A stretch of 64,000 bases of DNA from Paraspadella gotoi (lineage: Eukaryota; Animalia; Chaetognatha), in contig CM119264.1 of NCBI GenBank assembly GCA_051294375.1, positions 8,005,051 to 8,069,050 of the forward strand. The letters run 5' to 3'. Position numbers and translations under genes: made by a program. Within the stretch, counting starts at the first letter, position 1; each line of letters begins with the position of its first letter. Below are positions 1 to 14,185 of the stretch, in pieces. The notes under the pieces are model-generated. The model searched no databases. It saw only the letters and a program-made list of their open reading frames with translations, and was not told the DNA's origin.

Positions 1-512
1 TGGGCAAATAAACGAATTCAATGACGCTTTAAATATTCAACCTAATCTTTGATTCTGAAAATGAAAAAGACATTAAAATTGAAAAACGAGAAAAATTAGA
101 AGAAAAGGAATAAAACAAATTTTAAAAGCAGCTCTGTCTTTTCTTTATTGCAATGACGCTTGTGACGCAAACCAGGCCTCTTTGAGGCGACCGAAAAGTG
201 ATTTGCGTTCCCGCCAGATTTTATTTCTTTAAAACGTATATAAAGTTTTAAGTTCAATTATGACGTCATCTTAACAACAAGGCGAGAAAGAAAGTATTCG
301 ACGACGACGACGACGACGACCAAGACGTCGAACGAGAAATTCGGCTTAAAATCTGAAGTCATTCGAATTCGAGACGCGACTCGGTTCTTTGCTTCGCTCC
401 CATTTTCTTCCTCAACCCTTTCCTTCTCTTTCTCCTCTCGCTAGTTCTGATCAAACTTCTTTCCCAGGCCAATGGACCTCTCAACCACAGCCACCCTCCT
501 TTAATCTTTCTC

Positions 513-581
<69 letters not shown>

Positions 582-1139
582 CTCTCTCTCCAGTTTCTCC
601 TTTCTTTCCTCAGCCGCTGTCCCCACCCCATCATTTCACTTCACCATCAATTCCCACTTTCTCCCCATCTACCAAAACCCCCCCCCCGGGCGATGCGCTG
701 GCGCCGATCTGTAAATCAGAATTAACCGATTGACCTCGCCGCGTCACAACAACAAAACATTAGTAAGACGACGACGACGACGACGACGATGGACAAGAAG
801 TCGAAGAGGAAGAAGCGGCGAAGGAAGAAGAAGAAAGTTTATGCGACAGAAACGTGACGGGATTCGCTGTTTTGGCGAAAGAGGCTCGTCACTGCGGAGA
901 GATAAGATTTTAGGGAGGGGAGAAGGAGGTGGAGGTGGAGGAGGAGGAGGAGGAGGTGGAGGAGGTGGAGGAGGAAGAAGAAAAGAAAGGAAGAAAAAAA
1001 AAATAAACAGAGTTGCGAACTCTGACGGTCGCTTCTCTCGATTGTTATTGTCTCAAAAAAACAAATGAACATCGATATTCGTTTTCGATGAATACAAATG
1101 TTGGCGAAATGGGAGGAAAAGTCCGTCGATCTGAGTTTT

Positions 1140-1172
<33 letters not shown>

Positions 1173-2192
1173 TCCTCTTTTCGTCGTCTTCTTCGTCGTC
1201 TCTGGAATCGTCAGGCAGTCGACAAACATTCCCTCACTCAAAAAAAACCCGGGATAAGTTCTTCGGCGCCGCCGCGCCGTCGGCTTAAAAACGAACCTCG
1301 TTAGCAACGACCAAAATTTTGCCGGCGCCTCTTGACTTTCCTCTGCGTTTGACTTCCGGTCTCAGCGTCTCGACGGCGCGGAAGGACGAGGGAAGCGGCT
1401 CTCGTTGACACGTCCACTCGCCGTGACACGAACGAAAAAAGATGGCGTTGAAAACGAGGCCGACGCTAATCCCGAAAATATCGATAAGAGAAAAAGAATC
1501 CGTCAGAGTCTCAGCGCCTCTCATCAGCTTAGCAGTTCGGAAGTAAAGGACAGCACATCGCTGACTGACTGACCGAAAGCTCACCGATCGACTGGCCAAA
1601 CTGGCCGACTGACCGACCAACTGATAGCCCGGCTGACCGACACAATGTTGATTATGTATTTATAGTAAATTTGCATTAATTATTTATTAATGTTTAATGC
1701 AGTTTAATTTCCATTCGTATTAATCGCGAATTCGTCATGAAGAAAGATTTACGAAGAGGTTTATATAAAATTATGATAAAACATGACAAAAAATATTGAT
1801 CTCACTGTTTGCGCGATTTTCAACTTGTACGGTTTCACCACATTAAATGTGATTCTCGATGTGAAGGCGAGCAAATTCGCGAGGTTATGGTGGTTCATGC
1901 AACGGGGAGCAAGAGGGCGCGATGGCGAAGGGTTGCGAGATGAAGTCTTTCGAATAGATTTCGGTCGTTGGGCTTCTTCTTTCGTTGAACTGCCATCCAC
2001 CAAGTGAATGAGTATTTGATATGGCAGGTTCGATCAAAGCTAAACTAATTTAACAATAAAAAAAAAATACAAAGAAAAAAAGTAGCAACAAAATTATAAG
2101 ACAAAAAAAGTAGCCTAAGTAGAAAAATCGAGACTCAAAAGGCGCAAAACTCATGGGGCTTTCGACCGACTGATGAGGATTAAGACGAGTGG

Positions 2193-2265
<73 letters not shown>

Positions 2266-2543
2266 AATCTCTCCCTCCAACGAGACTCCAGATAAAGTGA
2301 CAAATGAACAACTCGGCTTAACGACCCAGAGTTCTAAGACCCTCGAACGAGCCGAGGGAAAAAAGTTCCGAGCGCGCTTCCTCGTATCGCGTTGAGAGAA
2401 CAAAAAATTTTGCTGGAATATACATATATATATATATATATATATCAGGCCGGAACAGGTTGAAAACTAGAAGTTCTCTGAAATAAATAAAGGTTAAGTG
2501 ACTGTGAAAGAATATGAAAATAAAAATATTTTTAAAAATTGAT

Positions 2544-2791
2544 CTTATTACCACGATGGAAAAAAAAATTGTCGCGGTTTGGAAAAGTCGTTTAATTTCA
2601 TTGTCAAATATATTTTTTGGCCGTTAAATAGGTTTTAATATGTAATATGACCTCCCTAGAACTGAATAAAAATATTATTTCTTAACAGTATAAAATTATT
2701 TATTGCATACAATTACAATTACATTAACATTAAAATGCCGAAAATAGCGGGAAAGTAACCGCGACAATTTTTTTTTCATCATGGTAATAAG
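2544..2791. mobile_element. Putative MITE / short foldback with ~36 bp terminal inverted repeats
   Basis: cttattaccacgatggaaaaaaaaattgtcgcggtt (2544-2579) is nearly the reverse complement of aaccgcgacaatttttttttcatcatggtaataag (2757-2791). The interior is AT-rich and non-coding. Confidence 0.55.
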
Positions 2792-3599
2792 CGCACGGAA
2801 GCATTTAAAGATTATTTTATTACTATATAAAATTTAAAATTTTTTTTACATTTTTTTTAATAGATTCTAGTAGAGATTTAAAAGTTAGATAAAGGTTATT
2901 AATAAAACTTTAAAATTTTTGTTGTTTTATTGATAAAAATTTAAAAAATATATAAAATTCAGCCAATGATGATAATGATGATGATATTTTATGGTTTTTT
3001 CTATTTTTAACCAATTTATTGTAAAAATTTAAAAAAATTGTAGTACTAACTTTCATTTAACTTTTCAAGTTCTATAGGAATCCGTTCTTAAAAAATAAAA
3101 TTTAAAAAAAAAATATTTTGTCATTTGTTATATATTAATAAATATTTAAAAGCTTCAGTGCGACAACCGAATGAACTAATTCAAAAAGTTGCATTGAAAA
3201 TCGATTTAAAGGAGAAGGAAAAAAAAAATTTTTTTGAGAGAACTAGAAGTTATAAAAAGTGTTCAATTTTGGTCCGCCATAATATATATATATCGTTAGT
3301 TTCATTTTTGTTAATGTACAATGTTGCAAAATAAAGATTTCAAAAGTTTTATCTCTTCCTCATATCTCGACTTATTAATATAAAAAACTTCTTTTGTTCT
3401 AGACGTTTCTTTTTGTTTCCACTTTGACGCTTACGATCGTGATCCGAGAGAAAAAAAAAGTTTGTATCAGCTGTGAAAATATTTTTTCATAAACAAGGAT
3501 GTTTTTGTTTTTTAGAGGCGACGAAAAAGTATAAAATCTGCGTTTGATTTTAATTTTGTTCGATTTTCTGACAAAAAGAATAATCGAAGGTTTAAAAAA

Positions 3600-5248
3600 A
3601 TGGCTTTTTGGGTTTTGCTTATGGTTTTGGCCGCTCCGGCTTTGGCCTGGCCTGGTAGGTCGAATACTAAGTTCGCTAAAAAAATAGAGATTCGATAAAA
3701 TAAGGAATAATTAGTTGAAAACAAATTCATGTAGAATTATAAAAAGGTAGCTGCTCTAGAGTCTAGACTCTAGTGTTTAAAAGATTATGAATATATATAA
3801 GTATGTATTATTAATTAAATACAAATATTATGGAAAAAAACAGTGAAATTAGGCTCATTGAATTTAAAGATGAAATTTCTGAACATAAGACGATATTTCA
3901 GAATGCGGGAAACGCGGACCTACGAGTCGGATCGTTGGCGGACACGAGGCCGGCAGAGGAGAGTGGCCTTGGCAAGTCTATCTCAAGATACAAGCACCAG
4001 GTCGATTGATTGATTGATTGATTATTTGATTGATATTAACAGTTATTGGCTATAAGTGATTGAAAAAAAAATTCAAACTTTATTATTTATTCCGTGAGAA
4101 AGTGAAGAATAGATTCAAGTCATGTGATTTCTTGATACGTCTCAACACATTTTAAGGTTCCAACCGGTTCAGCACGTGCGGAGGCTCCATCCTCAACAAG
4201 TACTGGGTGTTGACGGCTGGCCACTGCATCGCTAAGACCCCCAACCCTGCTTACCTCACCGTCACCGTTGGTGAACATAACGTCAACAAGCGCGATCAGT
4301 ACGAGGTCAAGCACGCCGTCGCCCAGGTCGTCAAGCATCCGCTTTACAACGGTAAGTTAATAAAACAGAGCAATTACCAATTGTCGTCTTTTATTTTACT
4401 AACTTTTCCCTCAACCACCCAATCTCCCTCTCCCCGTCAGGCGGATCAGGCAATCTCAACGACATCGCTTTGCTGAAGATGAAGGAACCCATCGACTTCA
4501 ACAACCCCGCCGTGGGCCCCGCCTGTCTGCCCGAGTCCACCGACGATCACGAGGGACAATTCTGCCACATCTCCGGTTGGGGCTTCACTATGGCCTCCGA
4601 GGAGAAGCCTTGGGACGAGAAGTTGCAGACGGTTGGAGCTAAGATTTGGAGGTGAGATCAATGTGCTCGTCCGGTTGCATTTTTTTTTCTCTTTTATTAT
4701 TTTTTTTTTATTCTTTATTTCCGTTCAACTTTTCTCCTTCCTTCCTTTATGCTATAAACATAACAAGATTACTTTTTTACTAGATGTAAATATGATATTT
4801 ATATGTAATGTACGTATACTGAATCGTATAAGATATATATTTTTAGTCTTACCAAAATTTTTTTCCTTTTAAGATATGAAAATACAGATGGAAGTTCTAA
4901 GATCTAAGATCTATCTAACTTCAGTTAAATTATTAAATTGTCTTTCCTTTACTCTCTTTATCCTTTTCCATTTTCCCCCTCACTTCCCCTCACTCCAGCT
5001 ACTCCGACTGCCGGAGGAAGTGGAGCAGCGTCCGGCAGCACTACCACTACTGTCTCGGCGACGGCAGCGTCGGCGGCTGCATGGGCGACTCAGGCGGCCC
5101 GATCTCCTGTCAGCGACCGGACGGTCAGTACGCCGTCGTCGGCGTCACGTCGTTCGGTGATGGGAGGTGTACCACGCCGGGAAATCCAGGTGCAAGCCAA
5201 GCGGGTTTTTTTGTTTTTGTTGATATTTTTTTCTTTCTTTTTTTTCCG

Positions 5249-5296
<48 letters not shown>

Positions 5297-5329
5297 TTTT
5301 TCTTTCTTTCTTTCTTTCTTTTTTTCCCG

Positions 5330-5376
<47 letters not shown>

Positions 5377-6657
5377 CTCTCATTCTCATCTCGTTTATTA
5401 AATGATTCTCAAATTAGTGTAATAGGCGCCGATTTCTCTCTTTTCTCCGATTTTTCCCCGTTTGTCGTCGCTGCCATCGATTCGTTTCCTCGCGCATTAA
5501 TTAGTCACTTTTGTTTTTGCGCTTTTGTTTGCTAATTGGTATTTAGTAATAATTTGTTTCTTTTCTTTCATTAAAATATTTAATTGTTTTTGATAATGAT
5601 ACGAAAGTCGAGCACCGAATCTCAGAACTATTGGAGACGCCATTCTGATGCGGATGTTGAAGTTGATGTTGGGCTGATGTTGTTGCAGATATTGAGCTAA
5701 AGTAGAATTCGGCCTCGAATTTTCGTCTCTTTCATAATTTAATAAACGGGGAAAAGGAAAACCTCGGCCGACTTTTTTAATTAATCAAAACTTGTAATTG
5801 AAAATTCTAATCTTGCAAGCATTTAATCAGGCAAATTGAAGCATTTCATTTTGAAAAACTCGTCTCTAAGTGAACTCATACTTAATTAAATTGCATCCGA
5901 ACCCGAAAAAAAAATGTTCGAACCGACCTTTCATTTTGTTTTTAAAAAAGTAAAAATATTTTTTTTAAATATTGGTTCAAAAAAAAAGTCAAAAAAGCTT
6001 TTATTTTTTACTTACGTCAAAAAGGGTTTCATTCGGGCAATCAATTTTTTTTTACCAATCCTAAAATGTCTTAAAAAGTCAATCATTCGTTGTCAAATGT
6101 TTATTTATTGTACAATATTCTATCTTCTAAACTTTTTTCTTCTGTCCTCAGCCATTTGGACGCGAGTCCCGAGTTACGTTGAATGGATAAAACAGACGAT
6201 GGAATCCGGAGATGGTGGTGGAGACGGAGGTGGAACCGTTATCGACCCAGGTAGTGGAATTAAGTTACATGAAAATAGCAAAATTACTTTGTATCTATAT
6301 TATTAGTTGTTATTAGTTTTATTTGTGGCAGGAAATAGCTTAATGTTTATATACAATCAATGGTAAATGAAGAAAGGTCAGAAAACAACTTCTTTTCAAC
6401 GACTCTTTTCCGTGAAAACCGAGGAAATAAAGCGGAACCGAAAACTGAATAGAATAAATTAAATTTATTTCCGATCAATGCAAAAAAAAAAAAACTCTTA
6501 ATTTTTAACTACCCGACGCCAGGAAGCACGAAGCGTTGCCGCAACCAATTTCCCGACTGTGAGATTTGGGCTGCCATCGGGAAATGCAGGTAATGGCAGA
6601 GAAGAGCGGCTGCTTTGTGGGAAAAGATGAACTATGCTGCGTCTCTCTCTCTCTCTC

Positions 6658-6708
<51 letters not shown>

Positions 6709-6982
6709 CTCTCATCTCTCTCGTCTCTCTCTCTCCTCCTCTCTCTCTCTCTCTCTCTCTCTCTCGCGTTCGTCTTAAAGGACTATTAGTCACAGGCGTA
6801 AATGAAAGAGATTCACTGGAGCTTAAAAACCTTCGTCGCATCGTGAGACTTTTCTTTGCTTGTACGTTGGTTGGTTGCTTGGTTGGTTGCTTGGTTGATA
6901 AGTCGGTTGTTTGGTTTATGTTCTTTCTCCTTTTTTAAAGTAAATTCTTCTTTTCTTATCATCTTTCTCATGATAAAGGTAA

Positions 6983-7022
<40 letters not shown>

Positions 7023-7460
7023 ACTTCGCGATTTCAATTTTCAAAGTTTTTCATGCAAAAAAATTAAATATTTCGCTCATCGGGTTTCGATTAATACTAA
7101 ATCGAGATTATTTCGCGCCTGAGAAGAAAGATTCAAATAACTTTTTTTCTTTTCCAATTATCTTACTTTCTTCTTTTCATCCAAAAGATTTTTCTTTAAA
7201 AAAAATTTTTCAGTTAACAAATACAAAACCTTCTCTCGACTTACCCTCACCTACCCCTTACTCCTTACCCCAATCCCAGATCCAACAGCTTGGTGGTCAT
7301 CAAAGCCTGCAGCAAAGCCTGCGGCTACTGCGAGAACTGCGTGGACAAACGCAGCGATTGTCACGATCTGGCCAACCCGAGGAGAGGGACGTCCAAGTGC
7401 GACCTCGATCCCGTCGACATGTACAACAACTGCAGCAAGTCTTGCGGACTCTGCGACTAA
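3600..7460 (+). CDS. Secreted S1A serine protease (chymotrypsin/elastase-like pocket) with two C-terminal ShKT domains, ~365 aa, 8 exons
   Basis: Phase-consistent GT-AG exons: 3600-3654, 3902-4000, 4157-4351, 4441-4651, 4999-5189, 6152-6250, 6523-6589, 7280-7460. Signal peptide MAFWVLLMVLAAPALA, activation site SR|IVGG, catalytic motifs TAGHC, NDIALL and GGCMGDSGGP. After a Gly-rich linker come CRNQFPDCEIWAAIGKCR...ACSKACGYC and CVDKRSDCHDL...CSKSCGLCD*, both matching the ShKT six-Cys pattern. Confidence 0.93.
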
Positions 7461-8232
7461 AACAGCGGCGACGATGAAGACGAGGATCGAGTTGTTGAAA
7501 CGAAAGTCTTTACTAAAAAATAGAATTTAATATAAATACTATTAAATAGTTCAACTTGGGTTTCGTCGTAACTTGTGTAATTGTCCCTGCCATCTATCTT
7601 TTAACTTTTTCCCCAAAATCACTTCTGCCTTCCCTCATCCTTCCACTCCTCATTCATCTTTTCTAATAGAATTTATAGTTTCTCCCTCTCTCTCCTTCCT
7701 CCCTCTCTCTCTCCCTCCCTCTCTATCCTTTCCTCTCTCTCTCTCTCCTTCCCTCTCTCTCTCCCTCCCTCTCTCTCCTTCCTCCCTCTCTCCCTCCCTC
7801 CCTCTCTCCCTCCCTGTCTCTCCTTCCCTCCGTCACTCCCCCGGTGTCAAAAGGCCTCGCACGTGCACTCGCATTTTACGCGAATTCCGGTTGTTTTCTT
7901 CTCGTTGCGCGCGAAACGCACGCAACCCACGCAACGCACGCGACGAATCACCTTTTAACACGAGTAGGAGGAGCGCACGCGCGGGATTTCGCGTCGTCGA
8001 TCGCCCTACGTGCGCGAGCATGCGCCGGGGGTGATCTCAGAGTGACCCTGGGTGCGCGGGCTCATGGGTCAGGCTGCGGTTCGGATCTTGTATCTTCTTT
8101 CTTTCTTTTTTTTCTACGGCTTCTAGTCTTTTCTTAACCTGAGCTTCTTTAGTTTCCTTATTTCTAATTTTTTGTTTTGTTTTATTTGTTTATGTTTTCT
8201 TTTCTTTTCTTTTCTTTTCTTTTCTTTTCTTT

Positions 8233-8458
8233 NNNNNNNNNNNNNNNNNNNNNNNNNNNNNNNNNNNNNNNNNNNNNNNNNNNNNNNNNNNNNNNNNNNN
8301 NNNNNNNNNNNNNNNNNNNNNNNNNNNNNNNNNNNNNNNNNNNNNNNNNNNNNNNNNNNNNNNNNNNNNNNNNNNNNNNNNNNNNNNNNNNNNNNNNNNN
8401 NNNNNNNNNNNNNNNNNNNNNNNNNNNNNNNNNNNNNNNNNNNNNNNNNNNNNNNNNN
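8233..8458. other. Assembly gap (N run)
   Basis: Run of N flanked by (TTTTC)n low-complexity sequence. A second, short gap lies at 8924-8948. Confidence 0.99.
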
Positions 8459-9139
8459 TTTCTTTTCCTTTTTTTTCTTTTCTTTTCTTTTCTTTTCTAT
8501 TATTTTTCTTTTCTTTTCATATCTTTTCTTTTAATTTCTATACTTTTCTTTTCTTCATTTTCTATCTAATTTTTTTTTTTCATTTCTGTCGCTTCTCCCG
8601 ATTCAATTCTCCATTCACTTCCATTCCTTCCATTTTTCACCCTTTTTGTCCCTCCTTTTTTTTCCCTCTCACTTTTGTCCCTCCTTTTTTTCCCTCTCCC
8701 TTTCCTCCTTTTTCCCTTCTCTTGTTTCTCCTTTTCAAGACGGCCTTATCGCTACCAAGGATGTCATGATCTATGGGCGTCAAGGGACGACGACCTTTTC
8801 ACTTCTCGCCCCAATAAAAGTCGTCTTTGCGTAACGAGAACGAAACTGGAAGATTCGTTACAATTTCGGGAGACGAGACGAAGAATGACGGCAGGGCGGG
8901 TCGCGACCTCTCTCTCTCTCTCTNNNNNNNNNNNNNNNNNNNNNNNNNCTCTACTCTCTCCTCTGCGTCCCTCTCTTCTCTCTTCTCTCTCTTCTCGTCT
9001 CTTCTCTCTCTCCTCTCTCTCTCTCTTCTCGCTTCTCGCTTCTCGCCTCGCTCTCCTTCTCTCTCTCTCTCTCCTCCTCTCTCTCTCTCTCTCTTCCTCT
9101 CTCTCTCTCTCTCTTCTCTCTCCTCTTCTTCTCCCTTTT

Positions 9140-9872
9140 TTTCGATTAAGCGCAAAAAAAACCGGTCATACTTCCTGGGCTGAAAATCGAAAGACAGTTT
9201 ATACTTATTCATCGAGACATTTTTAGTTGATTTTTTATTGATACACGGTATTTAGGGTTTACATAAGGGTAAAAAATGTTATGTAGGGTTCGGTCGGATT
9301 GTCTTCCACTCTCCTCTACTCCTTTTCATTTTTCCCCTATTACCATCCTAGGGCTTTGGGAGATTATCGGAACGACATCCTGGGGCAAAGGGAAGAATAA
9401 GGATTTTTTTCTCGCGCCTCGTCGGCCTGTTTTTCGAACTCGTCTTTTTCTGCGAAGAGAGAGAGAGAGACGAGAGGAGAGGAGAGATAGAGAAGGAGGA
9501 GAGATGAGAGAGAAGGAGAGAGAGAGAGAATGGAAGAGAAGAGAGACTGGGGCGGGAGAGAAGAGGCCACGAGAGAGAGATCGAGACGCAGAAAAGACGA
9601 GTCGAAACCCGACGAGGCGCGAAAATCCTTTTCCCTTCCCGGATGTCGTCCGATAATCCCCTAGCCCGGATGTAATAGGGGAAAAAATGAAAGGGAGTAG
9701 AGGAGAGTGAAGACAATCCGACCCGAACCCTACATACAATTTTTTACCTTATTTAACCCTAAATACGTGTATTCAATTAAAAATCAACTAAATGTCTCTA
9801 TGTAATGGATATCAACTTCTTCGGTTTCGCCAGGGAAGGTATGACCGGTTTTTTGCCATTATCGGGAAAAAA

Positions 9873-9880
<8 letters not shown>
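9140..9880. repeat. Imperfect long inverted repeat (~300 bp arms, ~130 bp AG-rich spacer)
   Basis: Arm ~9140-9455 (aaaaccggtcatacttcc...agggttcggtcggattgtcttc...cgcgcctcgtcgg...tctgcg) is the reverse complement of ~9587-9880 (cgcagaaaagacgagtcgaaacccgacgaggcgcg...gaagacaatccgacccgaaccct...atgaccggtttttt). The arms differ by many 1-2 nt indels. Confidence 0.85.
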
Positions 9881-9921
<41 letters not shown>

Positions 9922-10647
9922 ATATATGTGATGAATGGAATACCAATATTCGCCAGTTTATCTTTTCTGGCGGTTTTTTCGATGTGACAGGGCGTCGGTG
10001 CCCGCGTTATTTCGGAGGGCAGTCTAAATTTGGACGCCAGTGTCAATGCTCAGTGTCGAATTAAGCAAGGAGGATATGAAAATCTGACAAAGTTTGAAGT
10101 CGACTCTAGTCACTAACTTCAAATCCCCACACGTCTGACGATTACCAGATTTGGGTCCGTGGATACAGAGATATCTCGAAGTTCCCATGTGCGTTGTCAT
10201 TTCCTAGTTACCGTGATACTCACGCTTGAGTACGTGTCAAACCGTGTCAGTTTTCATGCGTTCTTGGCATTTTCTCATGGAGAACGGAAAAGTTTAAGAC
10301 ACTCGTCTTCCCTGTCGCATACGAAGACCGATTTCCGCCTTTCGACTTTTTCCAAACTCTCTCTCTCTCTCTTCGTTCTCTCGTCTCTCTCCGTCTCTCT
10401 CTCCTCTCTCTCTCTCTTCTCTCCTTTCTCTTCTCTTCTTCTCTTTCTCTAACTGTGCTTTCCCGCGCGCTAAAAATCCCAAGCGAGCATTTATTTCTTT
10501 TCAGCCAACGGTCATATTCGAATCTCGGAAATTCGACACCTTACCAAATTCAAACGAAGAAAAAAGCCCTTTAGGGCTCCTCTCCTCTCTCTCTAACATC
10601 CTCTTCTCTCTTTTCTCTCTCTCTCTCTCTCTCTCTCGTCTCTCTCT

Positions 10648-10680
<33 letters not shown>

Positions 10681-12191
10681 ATCCCTCTCCCTTCCTTTCC
10701 CCTCCCTCCTCCCTCCTCCCGCGTATCCGATATCGTAAGTTTTCTCAAAGAAACGTCAGCCCTCGTTATCTTCCCCATGTTTTCGTTGTAGTTCGGATAC
10801 AAATCTAGTTATTTTGTCGAAGCCGATTTGGACTGCGAGGCTTTTTTCTTCTCGAAGGCGTGAGGGAGGGAAAGGATGTTGGTTGCAGAGTTGGAGCTTA
10901 AAGGGTCGAAGAAGGAGGAAAGAAGAGGGACAGAATTTAGGGGCGACTTGAAAATTGAAAATATTTTGAGGTGAATGGCAACGGCGACGCCAGCGTGGAT
11001 CGCTGATCGTTCGTGGGAAGTTTGAAGGGTAAGTTTGGTGTGGAAAATTGTTGCCTTTCTCTCTACAATTGGATAAGTGGTAATCGAAGGTGAAAGCGAT
11101 AACGTGAAGTAGACGGCAATTAAAGTATTTCGGTTAACTAATTAGATGGCAGATAGAAAAGTTTACTACGTAGATGGAGACGGTAGGTTGCAGACAGTTA
11201 AGTTTCAGACAATTAAGGCGAGGCGAGGCGACGATGTTTTGGCTGAAAAAATTCTCTGGGCGACAACGAAACTTTAACCGACGAGAACTTTTTTGAGTGT
11301 TTTTCGTTGTTTTTTTTTTTTTTCTTCTTTTATTTTGTTTCATACTCATGTGTTTTTGCTTTTGTTTCTTGTTTCTTGTTTGATTTAACAACCGTTTAAA
11401 AATACCATCTTGGAAAATGAATAACTTTTGACCCCTTTAAATTTTAAGAACAAAAGCAGACGCAGAAAACGCTCATTTTTTTAAACATAAACATTATTAT
11501 TTTTTTATTTTTAAATGAAAAGCTGTATACGTTATTGAAACGAAAAAAAGGTTTCGGAAACTTATTCATTTTTCCAGATGGTATCTATTATTCGACAGAA
11601 AATCGTTTATTAGGTCGGAAAGTAAACAAGTAAAAAAAAATTTTAAAAACAGAAGCCTATTCAAATCGATCTTGACTCTCGGGAGGGAACCTCCGGAGAC
11701 ATCGCAAAGACTCACTGAAGCCACTTCCGGCCTGAATAACAATACAAAGCGAATCTCATTCGTTTCCTCGGCCACAAACATCCGAGTCTCCCCGCGCCTT
11801 TTATCCTTTTTTTCTCTGTCTCCATCGTTTGATGCTTCTTTTTACTCAAAACCCAAAAACTGTCCTTTTTTTCTTTCTTTTAGTTTATCACACACTCACA
11901 TTAACCACCTTTGTATTCTCCTTCTTTCACCACCCTTTTAAAACCCTCAACTCGCCCCACCAGCACCTACCTATTTAAATCCTCCCACCTCAAACTTCCA
12001 CCTTTATCCCCACCACCACGGCACCACCCCACTACCAACTTGTTTCCCCCTCACAGATTTCCATTTCGATTTACCTGCCACCAAAAGGACGAGAGTAGAA
12101 TCCAGTTGCCCTTTTGTCTCCTTTTGTCTCCGGCCGCCGAAGCCAATTGAAAAAAAGACGATGATGTTTGAATCCGTCGCCGACGCCGGCC

Positions 12192-12567
12192 NNNNNNNNN
12201 NNNNNNNNNNNNNNNNNNNNNNNNNNNNNNNNNNNNNNNNNNNNNNNNNNNNNNNNNNNNNNNNNNNNNNNNNNNNNNNNNNNNNNNNNNNNNNNNNNNN
12301 NNNNNNNNNNNNNNNNNNNNNNNNNNNNNNNNNNNNNNNNNNNNNNNNNNNNNNNNNNNNNNNNNNNNNNNNNNNNNNNNNNNNNNNNNNNNNNNNNNNN
12401 NNNNNNNNNNNNNNNNNNNNNNNNNNNNNNNNNNNNNNNNNNNNNNNNNNNNNNNNNNNNNNNNNNNNNNNNNNNNNNNNNNNNNNNNNNNNNNNNNNNN
12501 NNNNNNNNNNNNNNNNNNNNNNNNNNNNNNNNNNNNNNNNNNNNNNNNNNNNNNNNNNNNNNNNNNN
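12192..12567. other. Assembly gap (N run)
   Basis: Run of N. Confidence 0.99.
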
Positions 12568-12727
12568 TCGCGCCCATCCCCCAACCCCCCCGCCCCCTCG
12601 GAGCCGAGCGACGACGAGCGACGACGACACAACAGTTTGACTCTTCGATCTTCGTAGTTTCTTGCCCCAACTCCAACCTCTCTCTTTTTCCAATCTCTAA
12701 CCTCTCTCTTTTCTTACCTACCCTTCC

Positions 12728-12760
<33 letters not shown>

Positions 12761-12762
12761 CT

Positions 12763-12797
<35 letters not shown>

Positions 12798-12979
12798 TCT
12801 CTCTCTCTCTCTTTCTCTTCTCTCTCTTTTTCTTCTCCATTCTCCCTCCACAACATCCCATCCTTGTGTCTCTGTCTCCCAATTCGTTCGTTTTCTTCTT
12901 CCCACCGTCAGCGCGTTGGTGTCGGCGCGGGCAGAAAAAAACTTGGCCTCGCTTAATGGAAGTGTTCAGGTCTCTCTTT

Positions 12980-13032
<53 letters not shown>

Positions 13033-13934
13033 TCTCTCTCTTTCGCGTCGGCAACATGTTGAGCTCGACCAACACAATACCAGATAAGAGAATTCTATTT
13101 AACTCGAAGGCGTCGGCGGTGGCGGCGGAGCGGGCGGCGGCGGCAGGCAGCGGCGCGCGTTTAGTGACGGGGCCCCGGTGTCGGCGCGCCGATGGAAAAA
13201 GACGCCGAGCGTGACGATCGGAGAGAGAAGAGAAAGGAGAACAGAGAAAGAGGAAAAGAGAGGAGAGAGGAGAGAAAAAGGGAGTAGCGAAAGGAGAAAA
13301 GAAGTGATGGGAGAAGAGAAAGAAATCGCCATAAATGCGTCGCTTTAAGGAAGCGATCGCTTCCAACGTAGCAAGCGGGAAAAAAACGCATTTAAATGTT
13401 ATTATTTAGTTAACAATTTTTAATACAAATTCCGTTCCTTGGTATATTTATAGATGCAGAAGCAATTTTTGTTGAGACTATGCTTTTAATTTTTGTTCGT
13501 GCAATGAATATTTTTCTAGTTTTTTTAAAACTAAAACCCGTGATGAAAACTGCCTCAATTCGGCTAAAGTTCGTGAATTCAGAATTTTTGTTAAAAAATG
13601 CGAAGAAAGTTAAAAAAAAAAAGAAAGTAAAATTGTGAAACGGAGGAAAGAAAATCTCTCTCTTTAGAAAAGGTTGAATGAGAGAAAATAGGAAGAAACG
13701 AAATGAGAAAAAAACAAAAAAATATTTGTTCGCTCTCATTGGATTGAAATGACAATTCGGCAGAGGGAGAGAAGAAAAACATTAGAATCAAAAAAGAGAA
13801 GGAAAAAAAGGAAAGATTTTTTTTCTCTTTCTCGACAAAAAACCTTTAAAAATCCGGGAAGTGGAAAATTTGAATTTAAATCTGATGATTGATTACAGGG
13901 AAAAATTGGAAAAGATTTTCCTTTCCGAGACAAA

Positions 13935-14016
<82 letters not shown>

Positions 14017-14129
14017 TCTCTCTCGACGACGGGCTTCAAAATCGACGCCAACAAAAAATCGTCGGATTTAGTTTTTTTTTCAAAATTTTTGAGACAAAAG
14101 ACGAAATACCTTTTTATATTTTTTGGTTT

Positions 14130-14185
<56 letters not shown>

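Noticed and set aside
1285-2039. Possible minus-strand exons at ~1296-1545 and 1806-2039
   Set aside because: Splice-like boundaries are present, but the 1806-2039 segment has stops in all three frames and neither segment gives a recognisable product. They could be UTR or lncRNA; unsupported.
2170-2190. CTGATGAG hammerhead-like start (also on the minus strand at ~1521 and ~33474)
   Set aside because: No stem II followed by GAAA at any of these sites.
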